From positions 32,001 to 96,000 of the forward strand of contig JBPOGH010000005.1 in NCBI GenBank assembly GCA_051252135.1: a stretch of 64,000 bases of DNA, given 5' to 3'. The position numbers were made by a program, and so were the translations under genes. This DNA comes from Verrucomicrobiaceae bacterium (GTDB taxonomy: Bacteria; Verrucomicrobiota; Verrucomicrobiia; Verrucomicrobiales; Akkermansiaceae). Of this stretch, positions 20,096 to 30,067 are shown one piece after another; position 1 is the stretch's first letter, and each line of letters begins with the position of its first letter. The notes under the pieces are model-generated. The model saw only the letters and a list, made by a program, of their open reading frames with translations. It did no database searches and was not told the origin of the DNA.

Positions 20096-23000
20096 ATGAA
20101 GTTCTTCTTTCTCACGCTCCCGCTCCTCATCTCACACGCCGGAGCCGATCTCGTCGCAGCCTGGCGCTTCGATGAAAACTCCGGCTCCGTCGCCACCGAT
20201 TCCATCAACGGATTCAATGGCACCTGGGTCCCCGGCTCCAATTCCTCCCCCAATTGGCAACCCGCCTCCGGCCTCTTCGGCGGTGCCATCGATTTCCCCG
20301 GCGCCGGAAATCACCAAAATTTCTTCCGCGTCTCAAACTTCGCCGCCCTCGAAAACGGCTCCGGCCTCACCATCTCGGTCTGGCTCCAACCCCAAGGCCA
20401 ATCCGGCTACCGCGGTATCTTCATGACCCGCGATGTCACCGACTCCGACTCCGGCCAAAACTACGGCATCGGACACGAGGACTCCCATCTCGACGGCCGC
20501 ATCAGCGGCTCCGCCGTCGACACCCCCAATGGCACCCTCCCCGTCTCGTCCACTTGGATTCACGCCGCCCTCGTTTGGAACAAGTCCTCCGGAAACTACC
20601 GGGCCTACATCAACGGCCAACCCTCCGGCAGCCCCAACACCGCCTCCGGATTCAACATCAACGCCAGCGGCGAATGGCGCATCGCCGATGACGCCTGTTG
20701 CAACGGTCGAAACTTCAACGGCCTCATGGACGACCTCGCCGTCTGGAACGAACCCCTTTCCGATGCCGAAGTCCGGGCCCTCTACGACAACGGACTCAAT
20801 GGCATCATCGCCGGCGAAAACCCTCCTCTCCCCACCACCGATCCCCTCAACGTCGGCCTCGTCATCAACGAAATCCACTACGACTCCGACCCCAAAACCG
20901 ACTTCGTCGAGTTCCTCGAAATCCTCAACACCAACGACACCCCGCTCGACATCAGCGGCTACCGCTTCACTTCCGGCATCACCTTTCAGTTCCCCCCCAA
21001 CACCATCCTCCCCCCCACCGGCTACCTCCTCCTCGCCGAAAACCCCTCCGCCCTCACGGCAAAATTCTCCCTCCTCCCAAACGACGTCCCCATCCTCCCC
21101 TACACCGGAAACCTCGATAGCGATGGCGAAACCATCACCCTCGAAACCTCCACCGGTATCCAGATCGATCGCGTAAAATACAAAGATGAATTCCCCTGGC
21201 CCATCTCCACCGACGGCGATGGCGACTCCATGCAACTCATGAACGCCACCGTCGACAACGACCTCGGCGGCGCATGGCAGGGCGGCTTCCCCACCCCCGG
21301 TTATCAAAATGTCACCTTCGCCGAAAACACCGCGCCCCAAATCCGCCAAGTCACACACACCCCGCTGACACCCGCCGCATCGCAATCCACCACCATCACC
21401 ACAAAAGTCGACGACATCCAGGGCGTCTCTTCCGTCACCCTCACCTACCAAATCGTCGCCCCCGGCAGCTACATTTCCGCCTTCCTCCCCCTCCCTCGCG
21501 GCATCGTCCAAAGCGACCCCACTCGCAATCGCGACCCCAACCCCGACTTCGAAAACCCCGCCAACTGGACCACCCTCACCATGGTCGATGACGGCACCAA
21601 CGGCGACCTCCTCGCAGGCGACTCCATCTTCACCGCCACCCTCCCCGCCCAACCCCACCGCACCCTCGTGCGCTACCGCATCACCGCCACCGACACCCTT
21701 TCCAAATCCATCCGCGCCCCCTTCGCCGATGACCCGTCCCTCAACTTCGCCTACTTCTCCTACAACGGCGTCCCCGACTACACCGCTTCCCAACACTCCG
21801 TCCACCCCGACGGCCCCGGCCACGTCTACCCCTCCTCTCTGCTCACCTCCATTCCGGTCTATCACCTCATCACCGACCCCGACGACCTCGCCCAATGCTG
21901 GGCTTACGATTCCGCCGATCGCGTCGGCAGCGTTGAAGCACGCAAGGCCTACAATTGGGAAGGCACCTTCGTCTACGAGGGCGTCGTCTACGATCACCTG
22001 AACTACCGCCTCCGTCAGCGAAACGACCGCTACGCCGGACAAGGTCGCCGCTCCATGAAGTTCCGCTTCAACGACGGCCACTACTTCCAGGCCCGCAACC
22101 CCGAAGGTCAAAAATACAACTTCAAATGGCGCACCATGAACACCAGCAAGATGACCCGCTTCGGCAGCAACAGCAGCTTCGGGCTTCGTGAAATGACCTC
22201 CTCCCGCCTCTGGAATCTCGCCGGTGTCATCGCCCCCGAATTCCAGCACGTCCACTTCCGCGTCATCGATGGCGCCGACGAAGCACCCGATCAATATCAC
22301 GGCGATTTCTACGGCCTCTCCATGGTCTTCGAGGACGCCGACGCCCAATTCCTAAAAGAGCGCAACCTCCCAAAAGGAAACGTCTACAAGCTCAAGGACG
22401 GAGCCGGTGACCCCAAGGACCTCCAAAAATACCAGGCCCGCACCGCCGTCACCGACGCCTCCGATTTCATCAACATCCGCGATAACCTCGGCCCGCCCAC
22501 CCAGTCCGACCAATGGCTCCGCGACAACGTCGATTGGGACCGCTGGTATCTCTACGCCTCCCTCGGCGAAGGATTCCGCCACTACGATTTCTCCCCCGCC
22601 TTCCAAAAAAACCGCATCTGGTACTTCACCCCCTCACCCGACAATCCGCTCGGTAAAATGTCCGTCATCCCACACGACACCGACGCCACCTGGGGATACG
22701 GCACCAACGACGCCCAGTGGGACGACCCACGCTACTCCGGCGGCACCCTCCCCGATGGCTCCACCTACCGCGGCCGCGTCGTCGGCATCGATCTCCCCAA
22801 GGAAGCCATTCAGGAAATCACCGGACTCGATGGCACCGATGGCGAAAACCACCCCGAGCGCGAAGCCTTCATGCTCGAGTATCGCAACGTCATCCGCGAG
22901 GTCTCCGATCTCCTCTGGCATCCCGAAACCGTCCACTCCGAAATGCACCGCGCCTACCTCAACATCGCAGCGTTCTCCCTCGCCGATCGCGACCGCTGGG

Positions 23001-24859
23001 ACAAGGGACCCGACGATGCCGGAAATGAAAACATGGTCGCCATCGGGAACATCCTCAACCCCATCAAAAATCTCGCCTTCGATGCCGACCTCTACATGGG
23101 CTCCGTTCTAACAGGAGGCCGCGCCGAACGCCTCCGCCAACTGGCCATCGATGACAACATCCCCGCCAAACCCATCCTCACCTACACCGGCCACCCCGAC
23201 TACCTCCCCGGCTCCATCTCCTTCTCCACCACCTCCTTCGATGACCCGCAAGGAGCAGGAACCTTCGCCGCCCTCGAATGGCGCGTCGCCGAAGTCCCGC
23301 CCCCACTTCCATCAACCCCCACCCAATACCTCCAGACCGGACACCTCTGGAAATACTTCGATCTCGGCACCGACCCCGGCTCTACCTGGTCCGCCGAAAC
23401 CTTCGATGACTCCACCTGGCCACAAGGCCCATCCGAGCTCGGCTACGGCGATGACCAGACTACCGAAGTCGGCTTCATCGATCTCGACCCCGGCACCTTC
23501 GGAAATCAAAGAAACTCCACCACCTTCTTCCGCTCCACCGTCACCATCCCGGACGCCAACGCCTCCTACGAAGCCCAAATCAAGTTCGATGACGGCGCCG
23601 TCGTCTTCATCAACGGCGAAGAAGTCTACCGCGCCGAGGTCGCCGATGACACCCCCGCCCACCTCACCTACGCCGACTCCAACCGCAGTGACGAAAACGC
23701 CTACGACACCTTCCTCATTCCAAGCGACGTCCTCAAAACAGGCCCCAACACCGTCGCCGTTTCCATCCACCAAAATAGCGCCACCAGCAGTGACATCAGC
23801 TTCGACATGATCCTCCAGGATCAAACCAGCTTCTTCATCAACAACGTCCACGAATGGCACCCCACCTGGGAATCCGGCCCCCTCACCTCCTTCCAGTCCG
23901 CCACTCTCATCCCCGCCGCCGCTACCCGCACCGGCTCCACCTACCGCGCCCGCGTCCGCCATCAGGACACCTCCGGACGCTGGAGCCATTGGTCCGATCC
24001 CGTCGAGTTCATCGCCGGACAACCCGATGCCTCCGACTTCATCAATGCCCTCGTCGTCAGTGAAATCATGTATCACCCCGCCGACCTCACCCAACCCGAG
24101 CGCGACGCCGGCTTCACCGACCCCGACCAATTCGAATACCTCGAAATCCGAAACGTCAGCACCCTCCCCATTGATCTCACCGACGTCCGCTTCACCAAGG
24201 GCGTCGACTTCGACTTCGTCAACGGCACCATCACCACCCTCCCCGCCGGCGGCTTCGCCCTCATCGTCCGGGACCAAACCGCCTTCGCTCTCCGCTACGG
24301 TTCCGGCCACCCCGTCGCCGGAACCTTCTCCGGGAAACTCAGCAACTCGGAGGACTTCGTAAAACTCTCCTTCGGCGCCGGAGAACCCATCCGCGAATTC
24401 ACCTACTACGATACCTCCCCCTGGCCCACCGGACCCGATGGCGGAGGATACAGCCTCACCCTCATCAACCCCCGCAGCCTCCCCAATCACGACGATCCCT
24501 TCAACTGGCGTCAAAGTGACCTCATCGGCGGCATGCCCGGCTCCCTCGACGCCTCCCTCTTCACCGGCACCACTCTCGAAGAGCTCAAAACGTACGCCTT
24601 CGATAACTCCACTCCCTCCCTCTCTTCCCAAAACGGCGGCATCACCTTCAGCCTCATCACCCGTCTCGATAGCGACAACCTCGCCTACCAAATCCTCGCC
24701 TCCTCCGATCTCATCAACTGGAACCTCCCCACCACCTTCCTCACCCGCACCAACCTCGTCCCCCTCCCCAACGGCCTCGCCCGCGCCACCTACTCCGGAA
24801 CCATTCCCCCGGAGCATCAAAAACTCTTCCTCCGCTACGAAGCCTCCCAAGAAGACTAA
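20096..24859 (+). CDS. Large secreted LamG + lamin-tail + CotH kinase-like protein
   Basis: Signal peptide, LamG pattern (AWRFDE..MDDLAVWNEPLS), LTD motifs (VINEIHY, VSEIMYHP), CotH-like central region. Confidence 0.85.
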   Translation: MKFFFLTLPLLISHAGADLVAAWRFDENSGSVATDSINGFNGTWVPGSNSSPNWQPASGLFGGAIDFPGAGNHQNFFRVSNFAALENGSGLTISVWLQPQGQSGYRGIFMTRDVTDSDSGQNYGIGHEDSHLDGRISGSAVDTPNGTLPVSSTWIHAALVWNKSSGNYRAYINGQPSGSPNTASGFNINASGEWRIADDACCNGRNFNGLMDDLAVWNEPLSDAEVRALYDNGLNGIIAGENPPLPTTDPLNVGLVINEIHYDSDPKTDFVEFLEILNTNDTPLDISGYRFTSGITFQFPPNTILPPTGYLLLAENPSALTAKFSLLPNDVPILPYTGNLDSDGETITLETSTGIQIDRVKYKDEFPWPISTDGDGDSMQLMNATVDNDLGGAWQGGFPTPGYQNVTFAENTAPQIRQVTHTPLTPAASQSTTITTKVDDIQGVSSVTLTYQIVAPGSYISAFLPLPRGIVQSDPTRNRDPNPDFENPANWTTLTMVDDGTNGDLLAGDSIFTATLPAQPHRTLVRYRITATDTLSKSIRAPFADDPSLNFAYFSYNGVPDYTASQHSVHPDGPGHVYPSSLLTSIPVYHLITDPDDLAQCWAYDSADRVGSVEARKAYNWEGTFVYEGVVYDHLNYRLRQRNDRYAGQGRRSMKFRFNDGHYFQARNPEGQKYNFKWRTMNTSKMTRFGSNSSFGLREMTSSRLWNLAGVIAPEFQHVHFRVIDGADEAPDQYHGDFYGLSMVFEDADAQFLKERNLPKGNVYKLKDGAGDPKDLQKYQARTAVTDASDFINIRDNLGPPTQSDQWLRDNVDWDRWYLYASLGEGFRHYDFSPAFQKNRIWYFTPSPDNPLGKMSVIPHDTDATWGYGTNDAQWDDPRYSGGTLPDGSTYRGRVVGIDLPKEAIQEITGLDGTDGENHPEREAFMLEYRNVIREVSDLLWHPETVHSEMHRAYLNIAAFSLADRDRWDKGPDDAGNENMVAIGNILNPIKNLAFDADLYMGSVLTGGRAERLRQLAIDDNIPAKPILTYTGHPDYLPGSISFSTTSFDDPQGAGTFAALEWRVAEVPPPLPSTPTQYLQTGHLWKYFDLGTDPGSTWSAETFDDSTWPQGPSELGYGDDQTTEVGFIDLDPGTFGNQRNSTTFFRSTVTIPDANASYEAQIKFDDGAVVFINGEEVYRAEVADDTPAHLTYADSNRSDENAYDTFLIPSDVLKTGPNTVAVSIHQNSATSSDISFDMILQDQTSFFINNVHEWHPTWESGPLTSFQSATLIPAAATRTGSTYRARVRHQDTSGRWSHWSDPVEFIAGQPDASDFINALVVSEIMYHPADLTQPERDAGFTDPDQFEYLEIRNVSTLPIDLTDVRFTKGVDFDFVNGTITTLPAGGFALIVRDQTAFALRYGSGHPVAGTFSGKLSNSEDFVKLSFGAGEPIREFTYYDTSPWPTGPDGGGYSLTLINPRSLPNHDDPFNWRQSDLIGGMPGSLDASLFTGTTLEELKTYAFDNSTPSLSSQNGGITFSLITRLDSDNLAYQILASSDLINWNLPTTFLTRTNLVPLPNGLARATYSGTIPPEHQKLFLRYEASQED

Positions 24860-24924
24860 GTCGCCCTTTCCCGGCCATCTGAATCGACTCCTCACCCAAT
24901 TCCCGATTCAATGGCCGCTCACGC

Positions 24925-26157
24925 ATGGCCCTACCGGAAAAATCATTCGAGAACGTCCCCCGCCAACTCTTCCTCGTTCGCCTCATCATCGCCATCGCGC
25001 TCCTCAGCGCCATCGCCATCAGCACCACGCTCTGGTATTCCGCCGACCGCGTCTACCCCGTCCTCCCCTTCGGCCCCTTCCCCACCCTCCCCCCATGGGC
25101 CGAAGCCTTCTGCCTCATCGGTCTCTTCGCTTCCCTCGTCGGCTCCCTGATTCCCCATAAATTCCAGCGCCTCTTCGCCGCCTCCACCGTCCTCATCTTC
25201 GCCTTCCACACCGCCTGCGACCAAACCCGCTGGCAACCCTGGGTCTATCAGTATCTCCTGATGCTCATCCCCTTCCTCTGGTGGAATCCCGCCTCCCCCT
25301 CCTCCGGCACCCTCCTTCTCAAAACCCACCGCTTCATCCTCATCGGCATCTACTTCTGGTCCGGCTTCCATAAGATCGGCCCTGAGTTCCACGGCATCTG
25401 GACCGAGAGCGTCGCCAAACCCGTCCTCGCTCTCCTCGATGACGGAGGCCTCAAAACCTTCGTCACCAATCTCTCCCGCTACATCCCTTACCTCGAAATG
25501 GGCATCGCCCTCCTCCTCGCCATCCCCCGCACCCGCCTCTTCGGCATCATCTCGGCCACCCTCATGCACCTCTCCCTCCTCGTCATGATCGGCCCCCTCA
25601 TGGCCGATCGCAACGAGGTCATCTGGCCCTGGAACATCGCCATGATCGCCCTCGTCATCGTCCTCTTTAAATCCAAAACCACCACCCCTTTCCCCTTCGC
25701 CTGGCGTCGCGCCTCCATCCCCGCCAAAGCCACCCTCGCCCTCTTCGCCATCATCGTCGGCATCATGCCCTCACAGTGGTCCAAAGGCCTCTGGGACGAA
25801 TACCCCTCCTTCCACCTCTACAGCGGAAAAAGCCAACGCTTCGTCCTCATCCTTCTCCCCCTCGGAGAAAAAAAACTCTCCCCGGAACAACGCCAGTTCC
25901 TCTTCTCCGATCCCCCCAGACTCTCCGAGCTCAATATCGACAACTGGGCCTTCAAGGAACTTAAAGTCCCCTCCGTCTCGGACGACCGCGTCGCCCTCCA
26001 ATGGATGAAAGCCCTCATGGAAACCGACTTCACCGACCGCGACTGCTTCATCCACCACGATCGACCCCGCAGCACAACCACCGGCTCCAACAAATACCGC
26101 CCCTCCCAAATCCGCACAATGGACAGCATCCCGCCCCTCCCACCCGCACGGAAGTAG
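24925..26157 (+). CDS. Multi-pass membrane protein (HTTM/DoxX-like)
   Basis: DQTRWQPWVYQY, IYFWSGFHK and VIWPWN motifs with many TM segments. Confidence 0.7.
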   Translation: MALPEKSFENVPRQLFLVRLIIAIALLSAIAISTTLWYSADRVYPVLPFGPFPTLPPWAEAFCLIGLFASLVGSLIPHKFQRLFAASTVLIFAFHTACDQTRWQPWVYQYLLMLIPFLWWNPASPSSGTLLLKTHRFILIGIYFWSGFHKIGPEFHGIWTESVAKPVLALLDDGGLKTFVTNLSRYIPYLEMGIALLLAIPRTRLFGIISATLMHLSLLVMIGPLMADRNEVIWPWNIAMIALVIVLFKSKTTTPFPFAWRRASIPAKATLALFAIIVGIMPSQWSKGLWDEYPSFHLYSGKSQRFVLILLPLGEKKLSPEQRQFLFSDPPRLSELNIDNWAFKELKVPSVSDDRVALQWMKALMETDFTDRDCFIHHDRPRSTTTGSNKYRPSQIRTMDSIPPLPPARK

Positions 26158-26181
26158 CCTCCCACCCTCTCAGGTTTCCCC

Positions 26182-27270
26182 ATGCAACTCTACCTCCACA
26201 TCCCCTTCTGCCACCGCATCTGCCCCTACTGCTCGTTCTACAAGCACACCCCCGGCGGCACTGATCTCGGCGCTTTCGTCGAAGCCCTCCTCACCGAAGC
26301 CCGCTTCGCCAAAAAGAACAACCTCCCCCCACTCACCACCATCTACCTCGGCGGCGGCACCCCCTCCATGCTCTCGCCCACCCACCTCACCCGCCTCCTC
26401 ACCGGCCTGCGTGACGTCTTCAACTTCGACTCCCTCACCGAACTCACCCTCGAGGCAAACCCCGCCACCTTCACCCCCAAGACCGCCCAACTCTATGCCG
26501 ACCTCGGCATCACCCGCGTCTCCCTCGGCATCCAGTCCTTCCACCCCACCCACCTCAAAACCCTCGGCCGCGAGCACTCCCGCGAACAAGCCCTCCAATC
26601 CGTCGCCGCCCTCCGCGAAGCACCCTCACTCGAGGTCAACATCGACCTCATCTTCTCCGTCCCCGGACAATCCCTCGCCGACTGGGAAGCCACCCTCGAC
26701 GAAGCCCTCGCCGCAAAACCCGACCACCTCTCCGCCTACAATCTCACCTACGAGGAGGACACCACCTTCTTCGAACAGTTTGAAAAAGGAAACTTCACTG
26801 ACGACCCCGACCTCAACGCCCAAATGTTCACCCTCGCCCACCACAAACTCACCACCGCGGGCTACGAGCACTACGAAACCTCAAACTACGCCCTCCCCGG
26901 CAAACGCTCCCGGCACAACCACGGCTACTGGGTCGGAAATGACTACCTCGGCCTCGGCCCCTCCGCCGTCTCCACCATCCGCCGCACCCGACACCAAAAT
27001 GTCTGCGACACCGCAGCCTACCTCAAGCGCATCAACGCCGTCGGACACGCCCAGGATTCCATCGAACACCTCGACGACGAAGCCTGGCGCCTCGAACGCC
27101 TCGCCCTCCAGCTCCGCACCATCGAGGGCCTCCCCAAAAAATTCCTCCTCCCGGACACCGACCTCTCCCACCTCCTCGCCCAAGGCCTCATCGAGGAAAC
27201 AGAAACCCACCTCCGCCTCACCGGCGATGGCCCCCTCCTCGTCGACTCCATCGCCGCCGACCTCGCCTGA
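26182..27270 (+). CDS. hemW: Radical SAM heme chaperone HemW (HemN-like)
   Basis: LYLHIPFCHRICPYCSF, YLGGGTPS, YETSNY, HNxxYW and YLGLGPSA motifs. Confidence 0.92.
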   Translation: MQLYLHIPFCHRICPYCSFYKHTPGGTDLGAFVEALLTEARFAKKNNLPPLTTIYLGGGTPSMLSPTHLTRLLTGLRDVFNFDSLTELTLEANPATFTPKTAQLYADLGITRVSLGIQSFHPTHLKTLGREHSREQALQSVAALREAPSLEVNIDLIFSVPGQSLADWEATLDEALAAKPDHLSAYNLTYEEDTTFFEQFEKGNFTDDPDLNAQMFTLAHHKLTTAGYEHYETSNYALPGKRSRHNHGYWVGNDYLGLGPSAVSTIRRTRHQNVCDTAAYLKRINAVGHAQDSIEHLDDEAWRLERLALQLRTIEGLPKKFLLPDTDLSHLLAQGLIEETETHLRLTGDGPLLVDSIAADLA

Positions 27271-27324
27271 CCCCGTTCTAACACTTGCCAATTCAACTTG
27301 AAAAAGCCCCCCTCTGAAATAAGG

Positions 27325-27338
27325 TGTTCAAATTAACA
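27325..27338. promoter_or_regulatory. Near-consensus Verrucomicrobia LexA box overlapping the promoter and start codon
   Basis: TGTTC-AAAT-TAACA versus TGTTC-N4-GAACA (one mismatch); TTGAAA(27298)-16 bp-TAAGGT promoter-like pair just upstream. Confidence 0.7.
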
Positions 27339-28588
27339 CTCTTCAGAAATTAGAAATCCTCGCTGACGCCGCAAAATACGACGCCTCCTGCGCCAGCTCG
27401 GGCGCAGCCCGAAAAGACTCCTCCTCCGGAAAAGGCGTCGGCTCCACCGGCGGAGTCGGCATCTGCCACTCCTACACCCCGGATGGCCGCTGCGTCTCCC
27501 TCCTCAAAATCCTCCTCACCAACGTCTGCCTCTACGACTGCCACTACTGCATCAACCGGCGCTCCTCCAATGTCCGCCGCGCCCGCTTCACCCCCGAAGA
27601 AGTCGTCACCCTCACCCTCGACTTCTACAAGCGAAACTACATCGAGGGACTCTTCCTCTCCTCCGGCATCGTGCGCAGCGCGGACTTCACCATGGAGCAA
27701 GTCATCCAGGTCGCCAAAACCCTCCGCGAAGTCCACCACTTCCGCGGATACATCCACCTCAAAACCATCCCCGAAGCGTCCGACGACCTCATCGCCGAAG
27801 CCGGAAAATACGCCGACCGCATCTCCATCAACATCGAGCTCCCCCGCCAGGTCGACCTCACCAACCTCGCCCCCGAAAAAAACGTCACCCGCACCCGCGA
27901 GGCCATGCAAAACATCGGCTCCAAAATCTCCGAATCCAAAGCCGACAAAAGCCCCCGCAAACCCAAATTCGCCACCGGTCAATCCACCCAAATGATCGTC
28001 GGTGCCGACCAGTCAAACGACTCCCACTTCCTCCGCCGCGCCGGCGACCTCTACTCCAATTTCAAACTCCGCCGCGTCTACTACTCCGCCTTCTCCCCCA
28101 TCCCCGACTCCTCCCCCCGCCTCCCCCTCAAAGCCCCGCCCCTCGTCCGCGAGCACCGACTCTACCAGGCCGACTGGCTCATGCGCTTCTACGGATTCGA
28201 TGTCCACGAGATCACCACCAAGGAACACCCCAATCTCGACCTCGACATCGACCCCAAACTCTCCTGGGCCCTCCGCAACCGCCACCAATTTCCCATCGAT
28301 CTCAACCGCGCCCCCCTCGAACTCCTCCTCCGCATCCCCGGCCTCGGCGTCCGGAATGCCAAACGCATCACCTCCATCCGCCGCTTCACCTCCCTCCGCA
28401 TCACCGACCTCATCAAAATGCGCATCAACCTCAAAAAATCCCTCCCCTTCATCATCACCACCGACCACCAACCCGCCTCCCTCGAGCTCGACTCAAAAAA
28501 AATCCGCGCCCTCCACGCCCCCCCACCCGAACAACTCGAACTCAACCTCCCCATCCCCAAACCCGAAGTCCTCCTCGGCGAATTCTAA
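27332..28588 (+). CDS. Putative DNA modification/repair radical SAM protein (TIGR03916-like); apparent start codon is ATT
   Basis: Frame extends upstream of the listed ORF through KLEILADAAKYDASC, GICHSYTPDGRC and CLYDCHYC; REHRLYQADWLMRFYGF; in-frame TAA at 27320 and no ATG/GTG/TTG before the conserved N-terminus. Confidence 0.9.
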   Translation: MNTLQKLEILADAAKYDASCASSGAARKDSSSGKGVGSTGGVGICHSYTPDGRCVSLLKILLTNVCLYDCHYCINRRSSNVRRARFTPEEVVTLTLDFYKRNYIEGLFLSSGIVRSADFTMEQVIQVAKTLREVHHFRGYIHLKTIPEASDDLIAEAGKYADRISINIELPRQVDLTNLAPEKNVTRTREAMQNIGSKISESKADKSPRKPKFATGQSTQMIVGADQSNDSHFLRRAGDLYSNFKLRRVYYSAFSPIPDSSPRLPLKAPPLVREHRLYQADWLMRFYGFDVHEITTKEHPNLDLDIDPKLSWALRNRHQFPIDLNRAPLELLLRIPGLGVRNAKRITSIRRFTSLRITDLIKMRINLKKSLPFIITTDHQPASLELDSKKIRALHAPPPEQLELNLPIPKPEVLLGEF

Positions 28589-28598
28589 CCCCCAAAAA

Positions 28599-28816
28599 AG
28601 GAGCGGGGGCATCCTGCCCCCAACAACCAAGCCCCCACAACCCAGCCCCCACAACCAAGAATATGGAACGTGGCCATCTTGGCCTACGCCCCCAACCAAG
28701 CCCCCAACCCAGCCTCTCCGTTCAAACTTAAATGTTAGATGTTCAATGTTCAGTGTTCCTCCCCTCCCCAACCAAGCAATTCCTAATCCCTAATTCCAAA
28801 TTCCCAATTAAAAATG
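28599..28816. repeat. Composite intergenic repeat: REP-like half sites, caaccaagcccc units and heptamer runs
   Basis: gggggcatcctgcccc and ggccatcttggcc palindromes; repeated caaccaagcccc; tgttaga-tgttcaa-tgttcag-tgttcct; aattcct-aatccct-aattcca-aattccc. Confidence 0.7.
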
Positions 28817-29668
28817 CTCTCCCTCACCCACCCCTCCTCCTTCACCAATTGGCGCACCCTCACCCGCCAACTCCTCCTCGCCCAAATCCCCCCCACCGAA
28901 CTCCTCTGGCAATCCCCCGACCAAGCCTCCCTCTTCAACGAAACCCCGGAGCTCCAAAAAAAGACCACCCAACTCCCCCACGTCCCCAAAGCCTTTCTCG
29001 ACCTCGCCCGCACCACCGCCACCCACCGCTCCGGCACCCAGTGGCCCCACCTCTACTCCCTCCTCTGGCGACTCACCCATGGCGAAAACCACCTCCTCTC
29101 CCTCCCCACCGATCCCGACGTCCACGCCCTCCGCACCCTCGCCAAGCACATCTCCCGCGACATCCATAAAATGCACGCCTTCGTCCGCTTCCGGAAGATT
29201 GGCGACACCCCAGAAGGCCGCGAACAATTCGTCGCCTGGTTCGAGCCCGACCACCTCATCGTCCCCCTCGCCACCCCCTTCTTCCGCAAGCGCTTCGCCG
29301 CCATGGACTGGTCCATCCTCACCCCCGACCAATGCGTCCACTGGGACGGCCAAAACATCCACTTCACCGACGGCGCCGATAAATCACAAGCCCCCGCCGC
29401 CGATGCCCAGGACGACCTCTGGCGCACCTACTACCGCAGCATCTTCAATCCCGCCCGCCTCAAGGTCAAAGCGATGCAAGCCGAGATGCCCAAAAAATAT
29501 TGGAAGAACCTCCCCGAGGCCGACATCATCGAAGAACTCATCGCCACCAGCGCCACCCGCACGTCGGCCATGATCGCCAACAAACCCACCCCCGAAAAAC
29601 CCGCCCCAAAGAACGCCTACCTCAAGCACCTCGCCAACCAACATCCCGCGGATCACCACAAGGAGTAA
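28814..29668 (+). CDS. TIGR03915/DUF4130 DNA metabolism protein (partner of the radical SAM gene)
   Basis: RDIHKMHAFVRFR, WFEPDH, FFRKRF, LWRTYYRSIFNPARLK and EMPKKYWKNLPE motifs. Confidence 0.9.
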   Translation: MLSLTHPSSFTNWRTLTRQLLLAQIPPTELLWQSPDQASLFNETPELQKKTTQLPHVPKAFLDLARTTATHRSGTQWPHLYSLLWRLTHGENHLLSLPTDPDVHALRTLAKHISRDIHKMHAFVRFRKIGDTPEGREQFVAWFEPDHLIVPLATPFFRKRFAAMDWSILTPDQCVHWDGQNIHFTDGADKSQAPAADAQDDLWRTYYRSIFNPARLKVKAMQAEMPKKYWKNLPEADIIEELIATSATRTSAMIANKPTPEKPAPKNAYLKHLANQHPADHHKE

Positions 29669-29753
29669 CAAACTTCACTTCACGAAACTCAGGAAAGGTT
29701 TTCACCTTTTTGATCTACCGGGGGCACCCCGTCCCCCGATCCCCGCTCTGAAA

Positions 29754-29782
29754 TTGACATTAAATTCCCGGGATTCTAACAT
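29754..29782 (+). promoter_or_regulatory. Near-consensus sigma70 promoter
   Basis: TTGACA (29754-29759), 17 bp, TAACAT (29777-29782). Confidence 0.75.
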
Positions 29783-29946
29783 CCAACTGAGTAACGGGAG
29801 CATTTCGGGTGTATGCTGCGGGCGTAAAAACGCATGTTCAGCGCCGTTATTTTCAGCGCCTTTCACGGTTGAAATCCCGCCGTTCGTTCGCCGACGAGCG
29901 ATAGCTCTTTTCTGAAATAGTATATCCTTCCCTCGAACACGGGCAG

Positions 29947-30032
29947 AAAAAAGGCGGGATGCTCCGTGGAGCAGGGCCCGCTAAATCTGATTATTGCTAC
30001 GAAAAGAACAACAAGCAGTGATCAATTACCGC
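29947..30032 (-). ncRNA. tracrRNA
   Basis: Minus strand: ggtaattgatcactgcttg (19-nt perfect anti-repeat), bulge, ttcgtagc (pairs with repeat 5' GCTGCGGA, two G-U), aataa, then gcggg..tgctcc-ac-ggagca..cccgc hairpin and T6. Confidence 0.88.
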
Positions 30033-30067
30033 TGTCAAAATGACAGATCATACGCTTAAGTCAAACC

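Noticed and set aside
27483..27995. Possible frameshift in the radical SAM gene
   Set aside because: The real frame is continuous from 27332 to 28588; the ORF track is short only because the start is ATT
28733..28760. Repeated TGTTC as LexA half-sites
   Set aside because: Direct 7-mer repeats with no inverted GAACA partner; fits the heptamer-repeat class
29678..29692. cacgaaactcag as target of the putative mini-array spacer (cacgaaatcag)
   Set aside because: Only 7 contiguous matches plus a gap; expected by chance
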